From the NCBI GenBank assembly GCA_030704615.1, contig CM060731.1, forward strand, positions 36,084,001 through 36,148,000: a stretch of DNA of 64,000 bases, written 5' to 3'. The notes beneath the pieces are model-generated. The model saw only the letters and a program-made list of their open reading frames with translations. It ran no database searches and was not told the DNA's origin. The translations under genes and the position numbers were made by a program. Source of the DNA: Takakia lepidozioides. Taxonomy: Eukaryota > Plantae > Bryophyta. Of the stretch, positions 50,543 through 64,000 are shown piece by piece (within the stretch, counting starts at the first letter, position 1; each line of letters starts with the position of its first letter).

Positions 50543-52156
50543 TCAACTAGGTTGAGTAGCACCCAGTTCAAGGATTGCTATCAATAAGTTTCTTCCGTTT
50601 TTTCTGTTTTTTGTTTTTCTGCTTTGTAATCCTAGTTTTCCCTTCTTTTCTCAAATTTGGGGTTGAAATCCCAGCAACATTTTTCTTTGTCTTCTTTTTC
50701 TTCTTATTCCTCTTGTCACCTCCGCATTGCCATAGCTGCTGTACTTGATCTGTGCTCTCATCCTGCAGGCAGGTTTACATGACAGATATGAGGGACATCT
50801 TGCACATATGCAAGGTGGCCTTTGGATCGTGGATTCCTATCAAACCTTAACTGAGTGAAAATAGAATGTCTCTCCCTCACCCTCACATCTTCACGAACAC
50901 CCAATAGAATTATATAGTGTAGCCACCAGCTGTTGAGCAGGCATTTTGCTGAAATGATTGTTATAAACAAATAATGCTGAAACCACCTGTATGGGCTTAA
51001 GTTATCCAACACAATCCAGGAGAAAGAAACTCAAGAAGGATTTGAGCCAAGTCGATGATTTGACCTAATTAGACAAGTGGTAAGACAAACACGGTGGTAG
51101 TACCAAAGTTGGGATATGAAGTCAACAAGAGACAAGGAACATACAAGGTGAGGGTAGTGACAACAACCTGAGGATCAGAAAAAGAGCGGACATGACGCAC
51201 TCTCACATCTGATGTAGATGCCTGGCCTGCATGTCATGGCATAACATCCTGCTGGTGAGTACCCTAGAAGCCTAAGGCTTTACAGTTAACTGGCATTGGG
51301 TCAAAGACCTCTTTGGATGCGTTCTCCTTGGCGATGGCACTCAAAACCCGAGGATAAAAGTGCTAGATGCCTTTCCATATCGACAACGTCCCATAAAGGC
51401 CTCGAGATGGGGGCACAGGTTTGGAGGCCGCGTGCCTAGTGTATATAACTCTTGACTGCTGTCTGATACAATAGGACTTCAAATCTGACTTCAAATGTCA
51501 ATGTAAAAATAAGAACGAGCATTAAGGTCTTGTGAAAGCAGGCAGTGTTGGTTTCAGGTGCAATGACACCATGCAGGAAAACAAAAACAGTCGACTGTGA
51601 ATCTTACAGCTTAAGGGTATGGGAAGAAGAGTAATACCAGAGCGAGCAACCGCTTTAGCATCGCTGACGGCACGCTCAACCAGGGCGGGATCCAAGGCAG
51701 CTGCACCGCCGGGCTCCTCAAGCTTTCTCTTTAAAAACTTGGCCAATGCTACTGCCTTGTTCGTAGCCAAGGGACCTCCTGGATGTGCCAACCTGTAGCC
51801 ACCATTTGCGACTCAATTATCTGATCTTCATCAGCTACTGCAAAGAGATTCTTGAAGAGAAACCCTTTCATATGCAAATCACCCAAATGCTTAAAAACTG
51901 TTGTGTATAAACGTGCTGGGTGTAAATGCGGCATCAAACATCTGCTGTGTCGAGACTACCCGCTTGCAATGCCTCCATACTAGAAAGTATGGGGGCTCAT
52001 TCCAGCGCTACTCCATAACCCCTCTCTAGAAACAGATTTGACACATGTGGCGAAGGGCATTCCCTAAGGGCATATACTTACTTCCTGGCTGGAGCAATAT
52101 GTCCAGGGAAGGACATTCCCTAAGGGCATATACTTACCATGGAATGCTCACCAAGA

Positions 52157-52192
<36 letters not shown>

Positions 52193-52278
52193 CTTTTGCA
52201 ACAAGTGTCTACTTGTCAATTTCAGGACAAACATAGGAAAAATCCACTGTATCCCACCTGAAATATTCTGCCCAAGAT

Positions 52279-52309
<31 letters not shown>

Positions 52310-52399
52310 TGTGTGTGTGTGTGTATGTGAGGCATTGACCAAGCTAGATATGACGTCAACTGCCAACGTTCTACCCTAGCCCAATGTAGGCGACCCAAA

Positions 52400-52440
<41 letters not shown>

Positions 52441-53126
52441 GTTGCTACCTTGGCCGAGAGTCATTGGAGGAGGACTGGAGGGCAGGCAAAGGTGCAAAAC
52501 GGCTTCGTCGCAGCGCCCGGCGCTCCTGCTCTGACAGCGTGTCTAACTCTTCGGATGCGTTCCTGATATCTAGCGTGCTCATTACAGCACGCCAGAGTGC
52601 ACATAGAAGCGTAGCACGATCGGGGTTTTGTAGCTCTCAAACGTGCACAGATACCCTCGAGACTGCCGCTTCGGCTAAACACTCCACCCACACCAATAGT
52701 CCAATCCACATCCCACAAACACACGCACAGACAGAGAAACCAAATCCCAGAAAGAACCGGTGGAACCTGGAAACCCAAATCACCCAAAGCCACGCACAAA
52801 CAGAGAAACCCAAAACCACGAAAAGAAAAGAAACGAACCAGAGGTAGACAAGAGAAACCCAAATGTTATAAAGACACTCACATACAGAGAAGCCCAACTG
52901 ACACAAACAGGCGTTGAACGTGTTAGACCCCAGCTTCGATGTTATTATACTGCAACAGAAAGGCTTCCATATTGGTAGGTGCCCGACAACGTTCACAGGT
53001 CGAATCTTCTATAAATAAAGAGTAGGTACTCTGTGTTGCGTGCGAAGACTTACCTGAATTCTAGCCAGGCGTTTTCTAGGGTTGTATTGCCGATTGAGGT
53101 GGGTATAGAAATATCTCCCTGCCCAT
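50543..53126 (-). CDS. Conserved plant protein of unknown function with a Lys-rich C-terminus; exons ~53126-53055, 51793-51637, 51222-51170, 50762-50543
   Basis: In-frame splicing gives MGREIFLYP...LEFR/LAHPGGPLATNKAVALAKFLKRKLEEPGG...VERAV.../VRVRHVRSFSDPQ/DESTD...KRNKKKKKTKK. Confidence 0.65.
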
Positions 53127-53395
53127 GTCACAACAGAAGTTTTCCATCCCCCTAACACTGCTCATGGTCATGACCTAATTCTCCACCGGCATAGCAGAGG
53201 GGTGGATTCCGTCCCAGAGTGACGGGTGGCAGGACAAAACGAAGGGTCGTGTTGAGGCCTGCAAGGCAAAGGAAGGGGTCTTCTTACAAAACAGAGAGGA
53301 GACAAAGGAAGGAGGATTGAGGTTTGAAGGGGATAGATTCCTGGGTTTTTGTGCATGCCGCATGCGTGTGTGATTGGCAGGAGTGAACAGGGATC

Positions 53396-56300
53396 ATGGC
53401 AGCGTTAAGGTACTTGGAAACACAGAGAGCAGCGCAGCCTGAGCTTGCAGAATGGTACACTTCAATGGCCGATCTGTATGAGCGCAAACTATGGCATCAG
53501 CTCACTCAAAAGCTGGATCAGTTCGTCGCGCTCACGGTTCTTCAGGTATTGTGACGTGTGTGCTGTTGGGCGGTAGCGTTCCGCATGTTTCCATGGCTGG
53601 GTTGTCAGTTGGGGTTTCGCTTTTCTCTTTGCTTGGGTCCGTGGGGTACTCTATGGTGTACTTGTGCGGAATTCATCTGGCAATCGGAGGTTTGAGTCTG
53701 ACACACTGGTGGGTTCGTCTTCTCCGAGTGACTCTCAGATACTTAGTGTTCCGCAAGGACAATCGCGTCGAGCATCCATATTAGACAATGCTCGGACGCA
53801 ACGTTCAATTAATAATGTTCTGCTTGAGTAGCAACGGACAATTTGAGACATGTGGACAGGATGAGTTCTTTGAGTTTTTGAGTCGGACGGTGTTTCACCA
53901 GGAGAACATACCAAGCTGGCCTTGTAGAACAAACTCAATTGTGTGTTTGCAGGCAGGAGATGCCCTCATTCAGCTCTACCACAACTTCATCAGGGATTTT
54001 GAGACCAAGATCAACCTGCTAAAGCTTGCGCATTTTGTGGTCATTGTGTCGCGCCAATATCCTGAAAAGGAAGTCGCCATTCAGTACCTTGAAAATGTGA
54101 TTGAAAAGCTTCGCACCTCTGGCGAGAGGCGGGTCGAGGAACCTATTCTCTATGTGAGCATGCAGATTGCTGCATTGAAGCTGCAGAGTGGTGATCAACA
54201 GGATTGCAAGAAACTTTTGGAGGAAGGGAAAACCACGTTGGACAGCATGACCGATGTTGACCCATCCGTTCATGCCAGTGTCCACTGGGTCTCCTCACAG
54301 TTCCACAAGTCAAGGCAGGAGTTCGCCGAGTTTTATAAGAGTGCACTGCTCTACTTGGCCTACACATCTGTTGAGACATTGTCGGAAGACTTCAAGCTGG
54401 TATCTCTCTCTCTTTCTCTCTCACACACATACCTACCTGACATCACCCAGCCATCCTGCCACGTTTTTTTTGTATGTTTTTTGTGGTTCTAGTGTATTGA
54501 TCAACTGGTCTTCTTCTCTCGCACACTCACATTGACACATAATATTTGGGGGAATGATGGAAAGCCCTAGTCTATTTACCTTTGTGCTTTTAGGTTTTTG
54601 ACAACAGCAGAATTTATGACCTGACAGAGCTTTGGGTTAGTAGGGAGCGGCGTAGCTTACTATACTCTAATGTCAAATGGGGCCTTGAGGGCTTTGGTGC
54701 AGGATTTAGCTTTTGATTTGTCATTGGCGGCATTATTGGGTGACAACATCTACAACTTTGGGGAGCTGCTTGCCCATCCCATTGTATGAGTTCTTGTTTC
54801 CCTTATGATTTATCATCAGTGTCTTGATCTATTCATTTCCGCACTTACTATGAAACCTCCCTGAGACAGTCCACATGTTTTTCATGGGATATTTTTTATT
54901 AAGGCTTTTTAGGTTACATAGGGATATGAATTTTTTTGTCATACTGGAATGCTGTCAACAGTATATATATTGGGTGAAGTCCACAAAGCAGATGACCAAC
55001 ACCCTCCAATTTTCAGATGTCCGTGTTACAGTTTAAGAGCCTGCAAGGCCCCTCCCCACTTCTTTTCTGTTACTAATCCACAGCATCCTGGAGCTTGAAG
55101 GTAGAGAGAGCATGCCATTTGGGTGGTAGCAGATTGCCTGTTCACTCTCTTCTCTCTCACAGGCCAAGGGGTACTTCGACATCATTGCCTACCAGAGCTG
55201 AATTTTTACTCCCTTATCGACTGGAGAGTGGTGAAGTCGGAATGTGGTGCTCAGGCTTAGTGGTTACAGCTTGACAGTCATGCAAGGGGGTTCTTAGTGC
55301 TCATGTCATATTGTGGGTCTTTTTGTCGTCTTCTGTACGGACGTGTCACTAGTCTTGTTTGCTCCACATGGACTCTGAATGTAATCTGCCTGTAGAATCA
55401 AGGTTTGCTTTCACAGGTTTGATGTGAGAGTGTGTGAGAGCGCAGGTGAAGAGTCTGATGGGTACAAGCGTGGAGTGGTTGTACTTCATATTGCAAGCAT
55501 TCAATGCTGGAGACTTACCAAAGTATCAAGAGCTTTGTCATAGTTACAAAGCCAGGATCACAGCCCAACCTGCGCTTGTCGTTAATGAGAAGAAGCTGTG
55601 GGAGAAGATCAACATCCTATGTTTGATGGAGTTAATTTTTAGGTGAGTTGGAGGATAGAGATTGTCTTGGTCAACTTGGAGGAATGGGGACAGATGGCTT
55701 CTGAGAGGGAGGGGCCTATCAAACAATGGCCTGCTCATCTGACAGGGTTCAGTCTTCAATCTAACTTAGAGGTCAAATATGGCGGCATCTGTAGTTTGTC
55801 AATACACATGGGTTTGGAAGGTTTTGTAGTGCTTTGCAGCCAGTTTGCATTTTCATCTGTCTGTGGACATTCTTCGTATTGTAATGGTCAGATATACTGA
55901 AAGTCATCATTAACTGGCATACAGCTAATTACTCCAAATAGTGCAAGCCTCTAATCCCTTCCATAGTCTGAAGGTCTGTGTTGCTCTCTTTGTGGGCCTT
56001 TGACCCTTCTAGTCTCTCAACATTCTCAGTTTACAGGCTCAAGTTGAATCTGTGTTCGTGGTTTTGTTTGTATCCTTGTCTATTTGTCCTTGGCTTCTTT
56101 CTCTCGCTTTTTTCTTGTCTCTATTTCTCTTTTCTTTGCTGTTCCTTTCTGGTTTCTCTTCTGAAAATTCCTCGAACCGTAAATAAAATCTTCTCAGTAC
56201 TTCTTTTTTGGCTATATTTAATAGGAAGTATGGAGATATCACGATACTTATAATGATATATTCTTGATGTGTGGTTGACCTGGATCGTTTGGTGTCTGTA

Positions 56301-57083
56301 TGTTGCAGCCGCCCTTCCGAAGAAAGAACTATTCCTCTAAGTGTGATTGCAGAGCGAACAAAGCTATCACCTGATGACGTGGAGCATCTATTGATGAAAA
56401 GTCTTTCGGTATGGACTTAACTTCAACACACATTATTTATGTTGGTAACAGGGAGAGTAATTTGTGTGCTTCATGTGCCCTCAAAGGAATTCAATACCAC
56501 CATTGATGCAGCAGTTGAAGTGGACCTTCTAATACTTTATATAAGGTAGATTTATGTTGGCATTGCTACGGGGATGGAGATTCTGATGATGCATAATGCT
56601 GTACAGGACACCAACCCTGTTGTTGACAGCTCATTACAGGTCAAAATTCAATTGTATCACATAGGTTGGAAATGCAAGTCACTTTGCTCAAAACATCAAA
56701 AAATGTCAGTCATTGTCATGAGAATGCCGTCACTGAGTGTAAGTATCTCATCATGGATCGTAGGTTATCGTTGCAACATGGTGCCATGAGCATCTATGTT
56801 AATGTTAGGGAAACCCTTCAACAAGAAGCCCTTTCTTGGTTTAGTTATTGGCTAGGTTTCTTCTGCAATATCTGACAGCACGGTTTGTTCTATGCAGGTG
56901 CATTTGATCGAGGGGGTGATTGATCAAGTGGATGGAACAGTGCGTGTCTCATGGGTTCAGCCACGAGTGTTGGGGATTCCACAGATTACGGCATTGCGAG
57001 ACAGGCTTGACAATTGGCTGCAGAAAGTGCATACAACGTTGTTAGCTGTCGAAGCGGAGACGCCAGACCTTGTAGCCGCTTAG
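53396..57083 (+). CDS. RPN9: 26S proteasome lid subunit RPN9 (PSMD13); exons ~53396-53545, 53953-54399, 54703-54783, 55446-55642, 56309-56408, 56898-57083
   Basis: LYERKLWHQLT, FETKINLLKLAHF, EFYKSALLYLAY, ALLGDNIYNFGELLAHPI, HLIEGVIDQVDGTVRVSWVQPRVL. Confidence 0.95.
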
Positions 57084-59166
57084 TTTTCAGGTAGACTACT
57101 CCAGTGTCAGCCTTTTTGACATTAAAGTTCCCTTTTCTAATGAGAGATATTCAGAAAGAGGTGCCGGAGAATGTATTCTTTTGCCCCTCTCTTGGGGTAG
57201 GCTGAAAGAAATTTGGGTTTGGTTGGGAATTTATGATATTTGAAAGGTCTTGTTGAGGGGAGGGGGAGGGTCTCTAATTTGGGCCCTATTTTAGGGGCAA
57301 TCCTCAACAAGCAGCCCAGGAGGGTGTGATAGCCTCAGTTGCAAGAGAGTCCACTGGGTAGTGGGATGGTTCTCCTTTCTGGGTGTCAGCAGCTGTGAGG
57401 AGTCCAGTGGTGAGGGTGCAGTGGCCTCAGTTGCAAGAGAGCGCACTGCGTAGTTCTGACGATTCATCAGCTGGGTAGTGGGGGATGGTTGGCCTTTCTG
57501 GGTGTCAGCACCTGTGAGGAGACGAATCCTTTGAGTCACGGGATGCCTGAGTGTTGGGAACTAAGAACTTGCACACTTTCATGCAAAAATGGATTTATGC
57601 CTATAAACTTTGGCTCAAGGTTCTCCACTGCCTCACTATGATGGCTCTTGAAATCCACAAGGGCTAGAGGCCGACGCGTATACCCTAGCATCAGTGAGGT
57701 CACTAGGTAAATCACTCACCTACTAACTGGTATAGTTGGCCCTTGAGTGTGGCAAGATGACCTCTGCAGGAAGGCTGTTTCTGAGAGCAGGATATGTAAG
57801 CAAGTTCAACAAAAAAACTAAACACAATGAAGGTGCTCTGCATTTACCATTTTGTCTTCGTCCCTAAGAGGTGACTAACAGACAGATATCTCAAGTCACT
57901 CTCCTTCCAAGGGACTTGAACGTGCCCTAGTGGTGCCTCTAAAACAAATTACCCATTTGATTTACTCCATTTCCTCTTACTGATGAGGCAAGCTAACTGT
58001 AGATCTGTGAGGGTGAATCTACTAGAGAATTTGGTTGAATTGGCATGACAATTGTGGAAGGGGCTTAGGCCTTCAAGCACAGATGGGTTGAGCTGTGGAT
58101 GTGCTTACAGAGGTTTTGTTGCGTGTTCTTCAGGTTTCAGTAAGCTTTTTGACAGTCTATGCAGCATTGCATGTGCCTACCGGGTCATTTTGGGGCATAT
58201 GTGCAAGTAACATTGAGTCCCTATGCCTGGTATTTGTGATGGTGATATTTGGTTCATGTTGGGACTACAAGTACCGGAGGCTTGCGGAAGGCTCTCTTCC
58301 CGTCTTAGGCTCTTCTCAGACAATTTTTTCCTTCGTGGATCTCTTTTCCTGCAAGGAATGCTCAATTTTGGCTGTTGTCCAAGGTTACTGAGAATATAGC
58401 ATGTAGATTGATTTCAGGTGTCACCTGCTGCACTGCCATCAGAATTCAGAATATCGTCAGTGCATGAGCTTCACATAGCTGGTCCTTGGCTCTGTCGTAC
58501 CCCTCTGGTTGTGGGAGGTCTTCTGTATGCTGGCCATGGAGGTGCATAAGTTTTAGACTACACTTTACCTCTTTGAAAGTATTTAGAGTTGTTCAGGACG
58601 AGAAAAACTTCACACAAGGGAATTTAAGTTCATCTTAGAATGCCCCGGCCTTCAAAGGTTCCACAGGAATGGTTGTTCTCAATAAGTAGAAGTTGTCATT
58701 TGCATTGGATGGATCACTTTTGTCCTCTTCATTGAGTTCCGTTTATCAGACCTGAATATACGTACAATGGGTGCTATGTTGGGTGCTATCTGTTTCATGT
58801 TTGATCTCCCCTTGCCAGTGTGAAGGCTTCATGGTAGGGGTTAAGTATAGCAAGGCCAAAGAATACGATTTGCAGGCAGCGTATGCCCAGTGTTGGCACT
58901 GCATCCTGAGAAGAAAATGGAAGGACACAAGAAGAGAGCTGCACACAGCTATATGCTCTGGGTCGAGCTAGGATTTTGCAATCTCTGTAGTATAAGTCAG
59001 TACCCAATTCACTTCAATATAAGTAGTGACTGTATTGTATGATACTTAAGTGAAGCTTTGACTTGCATACTATGAGGAAACAGATAATTTTTGGTTGTAG
59101 GTAGAAGTGTTTTTCCAAAATGCAGTTCAGTAAGATTCCGTGGTTGCTCGATGTCCATTCTATGTT

Positions 59167-61946
59167 CTACACATGATCTGTTTGTCGAGACAGACCAAGC
59201 AAGAAACTTGCAATCTGATCAATAACACTGTGAGACTCTTCCGAGGGTGTTTCGGAGTCAATGTTCTGACTACAATCCACCACAAAGACAGGATGCCCAT
59301 GAATAGTCACAGGCATTTTCGTGGTTGTGTCAAAACAACCTGCACAAGGATAGCCCTCCCAGTTACCTGCAAGACCAATGTACCCATGAGTCTGTTCTTG
59401 ACCTTCCTGAGAATGCACTCATTCTTCAGAACTCCGTCCCAGAAGGATACTTTGTACCTGGGCTTTGGGTCCTCTAAATTTTGTAACCATGGAGGAAAAC
59501 GATTCAGTTCCCAGGTACGAGTGTTGATTTGCTGGCAGGAAACAACATATTAGAAAGCAGGATAATGAATGCAGCACTGTTACTGTAGCTCTCAACCTTC
59601 AAACATGTGGCAATGGGGTGATTGCACTTGTTTAGACTAACGGTGGAGAGACTGTGAAAGAAAGAAAAGAAAGTTTATATGTCCAAATTAAAAGGGAGAA
59701 CGGGTACACTTTGCAGCCTTTGGCATGTTTCGTCAGGGTTTGTTAGGCATTGCTCTGGTTCCAGAGAGCAATCAGCACCTGGAGGCAATATTCAGTTGAC
59801 TACTATTCTAGAAGGGGGTCTTGGTACACAATGCAGAGCGGTATCACAATGGTAAAAGAAGGCCCACCCTGTTTTGAATGCTTCAAAGCACCCTCGATAA
59901 ACCACGTTTCATGCTTTTGATGCAGCGACTTTAGGTAATCCAGACTCACCCCAACCTCCTCGGACCTTGCTCTGCCACAAAAGAGATTTAAGCATGTCAG
60001 AACTAGTCTTTCTGCCTGATCTCTTATCCCCCTACTTCTTGACTTGACCCCACTGCTGACTAGCATTGTGTATATAGTTGAAACTATCTTATTGCATTGT
60101 GTATGTAGTTGAAACTATCTTATTCTGGAGTTCTGAAGTTGAAGAATTCATTCCAATCTCCCACAAGATCGTGCCAAACTTCTGGCACTATCCAGCTGAG
60201 GTTTGTATCCTAGTGCACGAAATCCCCTAGAAACAACCTGGAACAGGACTATGCCTTGAGGTCTGGTAGTCCCTACCCCTGTCAAGACTCTGATATAAGA
60301 TAATCTGCTTTTTTGAGAAAGCCCATACAGCTATCCTCGTTCGTGCGTGGATCAAAATGATGTGCTTGTTCCATTATCAAACTAATGGAGCTATGAGACA
60401 AACCGTATTTTCAAACGCTCGTGGCATACATTGGGATCTGCTCGTAGATACACAAAAGCATCAGGCACCTGCAAAGGACAGAAAACCTTAAAACCTGAGT
60501 AAACGGAGTACCCATCAAACAGAAAAAAAAAATATAAGCATGTACTATGGATTCCCACATAGAGCCCCTGGCCCTTTAGGTAGTTCGCGGATCACATGCA
60601 TTATGGAAGGCTATGAAGAAGAAGGCATGTAAGAAGGGAAGTGCCAAGTAAAATTGTTCCAGGCTTCAAGCTTGTTCCTCTTCATCCTTGTCAATCTTGA
60701 AAGAGGAGAGAAAAGAGAGAGGGAGTAGAAAAACATGGGGCCGATGCGAAATGAAATGAATGGTACTCTATAACGTCCACAGAAAGCTCAAAGAAACAAG
60801 AAAGAGAGAGGGGCCAACTAATTCACGTCCACCTCCATCTCTCACTCACACCTGACTGTTGTCAGCATCCATGGCAGTCCTAATGCTGCACATTTCTTGG
60901 TTGCTTTATCCTGTCCATGGGCCCTTGTGGCCCTTTGTGGATGTTATACAGTTTCTCACTTTCTTTCTCTCTCTCTTTCTCTTTCTTTTAAAGTACCATT
61001 TGATTTCATGCTCAGCATTCCACCTTTGTGTTGCGCTAGAATAGTTCACTTGGCTTTGTTACAATAGTTCAGTGGTTCTTCAGTTATGTTATGTTAGGTC
61101 CTTGGTCCCTTTTGGCCTCCCACAGGTAGTAAATTTCTTATGCTCTTTCTCTCAAGACCTCGTGCTATGCTCAGCTGTCAACTTTTTTGGAGGGCAATGG
61201 ACTCTCCTCCATTGCTTCCCTACTGCCACAAAATACGGAGGGAGTGAAATTGCATCCAAACGGGACCGCAATAGATGCAGGAACATCACATCAGGCGGAC
61301 ATCCCAACGAACCAATCTTACAACAAAACTGCAGTTCTTTGGAGACATCCTTGGTCCTCCGTGATGATAGAATCGTGCGACCAAAGTACCTGTCTGCAGC
61401 TCTATCTCCCTCTCATCTAAAGGGCATTCGGGAGGTCAGGGTGGGCTACCACAGTCTGCGGAAAGAGACTGGTAGGTGGGACAACCTGCAATAAGTAGGC
61501 CACCTATGCCTTGCTTGCGATGGGACAACAGGGAAATCAAAAGTGAAGAACATTTCTTCTTTCAGCGTCCTTTCTACCATGAGATCCATGGAAGAATAAA
61601 TTGTCTATTCAGTGATAACCAATTTCTCAGGGAGGTATTTCATTAGAAGGCTTAACTGCATGAGGCTTTGACTCAATCCCTTGTGTAATAGTTTCCTTTG
61701 GATTGGCCAAGAAAGAAAGAATGAAATGAAATGAAATGGAGCTCTAAAACATTTATGGGAAGCTCAAAGAAATTATGGGACAAGAGGAAGAAAGAAAAAA
61801 GAAAGAGAGAGGGCCCACAAATAGCCCACAAGCAACTAAAGCTCAAGTGATTGTCTAAGAGTCAATGCTTCATGCAGGTAAGCTGCCAAGCATTTCTGAT
61901 CCTTGTAATGGAGGTACAAACAACAAAGAATCTACGTTATCACTTG

Positions 61947-61978
<32 letters not shown>

Positions 61979-63240
61979 TACAGACCACATTGGGAAGTGC
62001 TGCCACAACACCATGGTACCACGCCTCATATGCAGCTACCTCAAGGGGGTTGAAATATCCTTTCTCAGTCAGGGTTTCCACATACACACAGCGATCTGTC
62101 AACACTGAACGCTCCATTAACAAAAGTGCTGCCTTGGATGTGAGAGCAGCAGAATTCTGCTGCAAGAATCTTGTGATGAACACAAAACTTTGGAACAGGT
62201 ATGCATATCTGCAACAGACCACTGAGTTAAATGACTTCGGAAAGTAACTCCATTTTTGATACCAGAGTTGCATTGTGGCGCTGTAGATATCACTATGAGG
62301 CTGACCCAGGATGAGCATATCACTGGTAGCCTCGGTTTAGTGGTTATATCATGTAGAGAGCGAGGACAATTAGGAGAAGATCCCCGCCCACTTATCGCCC
62401 AGAAAACTGAGCAAAGGACAACAGCAGTTTGTATTTACGAGACAACAGCAAACTGCTGCTAGATAGCTTGATAGTCATTCACCGGAGAAGAACCTTTGCG
62501 GGTCCGTGTAAAAAGCTTGCAGCATATTGAGACCTGTATCGTTAACATTCTGCCATTCCCCAATTGGCTCTTGCAACACCTCCGTTAGGCTGCATCAGAA
62601 CGGCGCAACACAACAACGTGATAAACGAATAAATCTGAGAACCAGATTTTCGAGTATGAGCTCCACTTGGCATCTGCCACCTATGGCCTAATTACGAGTC
62701 CAGATCTGACCCTCATGTTTTAACAGAAAGAAACAGAGGAACAAAGGAAGAGAGTCAGTAAAGTCCCCAGAAAGGTCGCATGACAAACAAATAGAAGCAC
62801 TAGCTGCCAGGGATGAGCTTTCTCAGAAGAAAGAAAACGAAATGTTCTGTCTCCAGTTCCTGCATATTTAATACTGGTAGTACAGCTCTACCGGAACACA
62901 GAGGTGCCAAAAGTGGCTTGATTGCACACACCCACTGATACTGGGAGGAGGAGGGAGATGAGAGAGAGAGAAAGCCAGAAGGAACTTACTGTTGAAGGCG
63001 AGGGTGAGATTGAAGGCGACCCAGGATTGTAGACTTGCCCACCCCAATGTTACCGTCGAAGGATACCCGGAGAGGGCGCTGCACCACTCTTCCGACGTTG
63101 TCCCCCTTCATCACACTCACACCATGGGACTCCAGCTGATCACTATATGCGTGCTGATTAAGAAAAGGCTCATATGCTATAGCATCATTGCCCGCCATAG
63201 TCTGGATTAAATGTGCTACTTGCAGCTGCTGCTCTGCCAT
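59167..63240 (-). CDS. Deoxynucleoside kinase family protein, multi-exon; an N-terminal extension may reach ~63859
   Basis: P-loop SFDGNIGVGKST, EPIGEWQNV..NMLQAFYTDPQR, YAYLFQSFVFITR, LMERSVLTDR, PDAFVYLRADP, RARSEEVGVSLDYLKSLHQKHETW. Confidence 0.88.
60745..61785. mobile_element. Degenerate LINE family B pieces in a kinase intron: 3' region ~61260-61680(+), tails ~60745-60790(-) and ~61720-61780(-)
   Basis: LVLRDDRIVRPKYLSAALSPS...VRVGYHSLRKETGRWDNLQ matches 16750-16890; (gaaat)n tails. Confidence 0.7.
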
Positions 63241-64000
63241 CGACCCACTGCTACCCACCCCCAGTTTTTGTCCATAGATCTTTGAGCCAAAAATGGCAAA
63301 GAAAGTTCCAAATACCTCGAGACTGAGATCTACTAGCAATCTGCCACAAAATGATCTGAGGATGCAAAAATGCATGTATCTTCCATCAATTTGCGGCATC
63401 AAGACGTGAGAATCCAGATATGGAGACGACCCAAAAGACACCCAAGTGCCCTGGCACCTTCAAGAGAAAACATGTGGCAGCCACTTGGCTTTTGCTACTT
63501 CTTCTTCTTCTTGTTCTTGAAACGCTTGTTTCTGTTCCTTTGGTGCAGAGAAAACTGAGGTGGAAAGTCTTCCAAGTCTCATCCCTACTTTAAGGTCCTG
63601 AAAATCGCAATGAGACCTCACTTGGGTTGGTCTGTGGGAGGGCAAGGAGCTTTGAGAGGCTGAGAAGGATTCCTTTGTTTTCAGCTCACTAGGCTTTCCC
63701 CACATTTGCCCAAGTGGCTCACTGGCCAGGGAGAGTTGTGAGAGAAGAAGAAGAAGGAAGAAGGAAAGAAACAAGTTTGTTACATAGGTGGGATCCGTAG
63801 GACACAGAAGGGAACCCTGAGAGAGAGAGAGAGAGAGAGAGAGGCCAGGGGGGTGCCATAGCCTCACAGCCTGCACAGCTGGGTCTGAGCATAAAGCCCA
63901 AGGGGTAGTAAAGGGGTTAGGGTCTGGGATTGGATGTGAGAGAGAAACAGAGGACGGAAGTTTATAACGTGATCGCGAGAGAGAGAGAAAGGGAGGGAGG

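Noticed and set aside
57330-57522. Two-copy local duplication downstream of RPN9
   Set aside because: Short imperfect duplication with no coding or structural signal; similar minor repeats at ~50514-50555 and ~52052-52138

Overview
Eukaryotic, intron-rich, TE-rich DNA from a land plant; the TE families and PLS-PPR content suggest a non-seed plant (inference). Host genes: last exon of an amidase, plastid ribosomal protein PSRP6, an intronless fungal-type RNase H, a frameshifted GH1 beta-glucosidase pseudogene invaded by LINEs, an A1 aspartic protease with non-canonical catalytic motifs, a 3xHMG-box gene, a small conserved plant gene head-to-head with RPN9, and a deoxynucleoside kinase. A TE island (~23.8-45.5 kb) holds a decayed Mutator-like transposase divergently paired with an intron-containing gene. 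When spliced, that gene gives the SAM-binding half of a bacterial-type beta-class N4C/N6A DNA methyltransferase, which is the top finding. The island also holds a PLS-E PPR pseudogene preceded by a 554-bp tandem array encoding OSB-type PDF motifs, a Gypsy remnant with an integrase-PHD finger, solo LTRs and LINE fragments. All family assignments come from reading motifs by eye; no searches were run, and exon boundaries are approximate unless stated.
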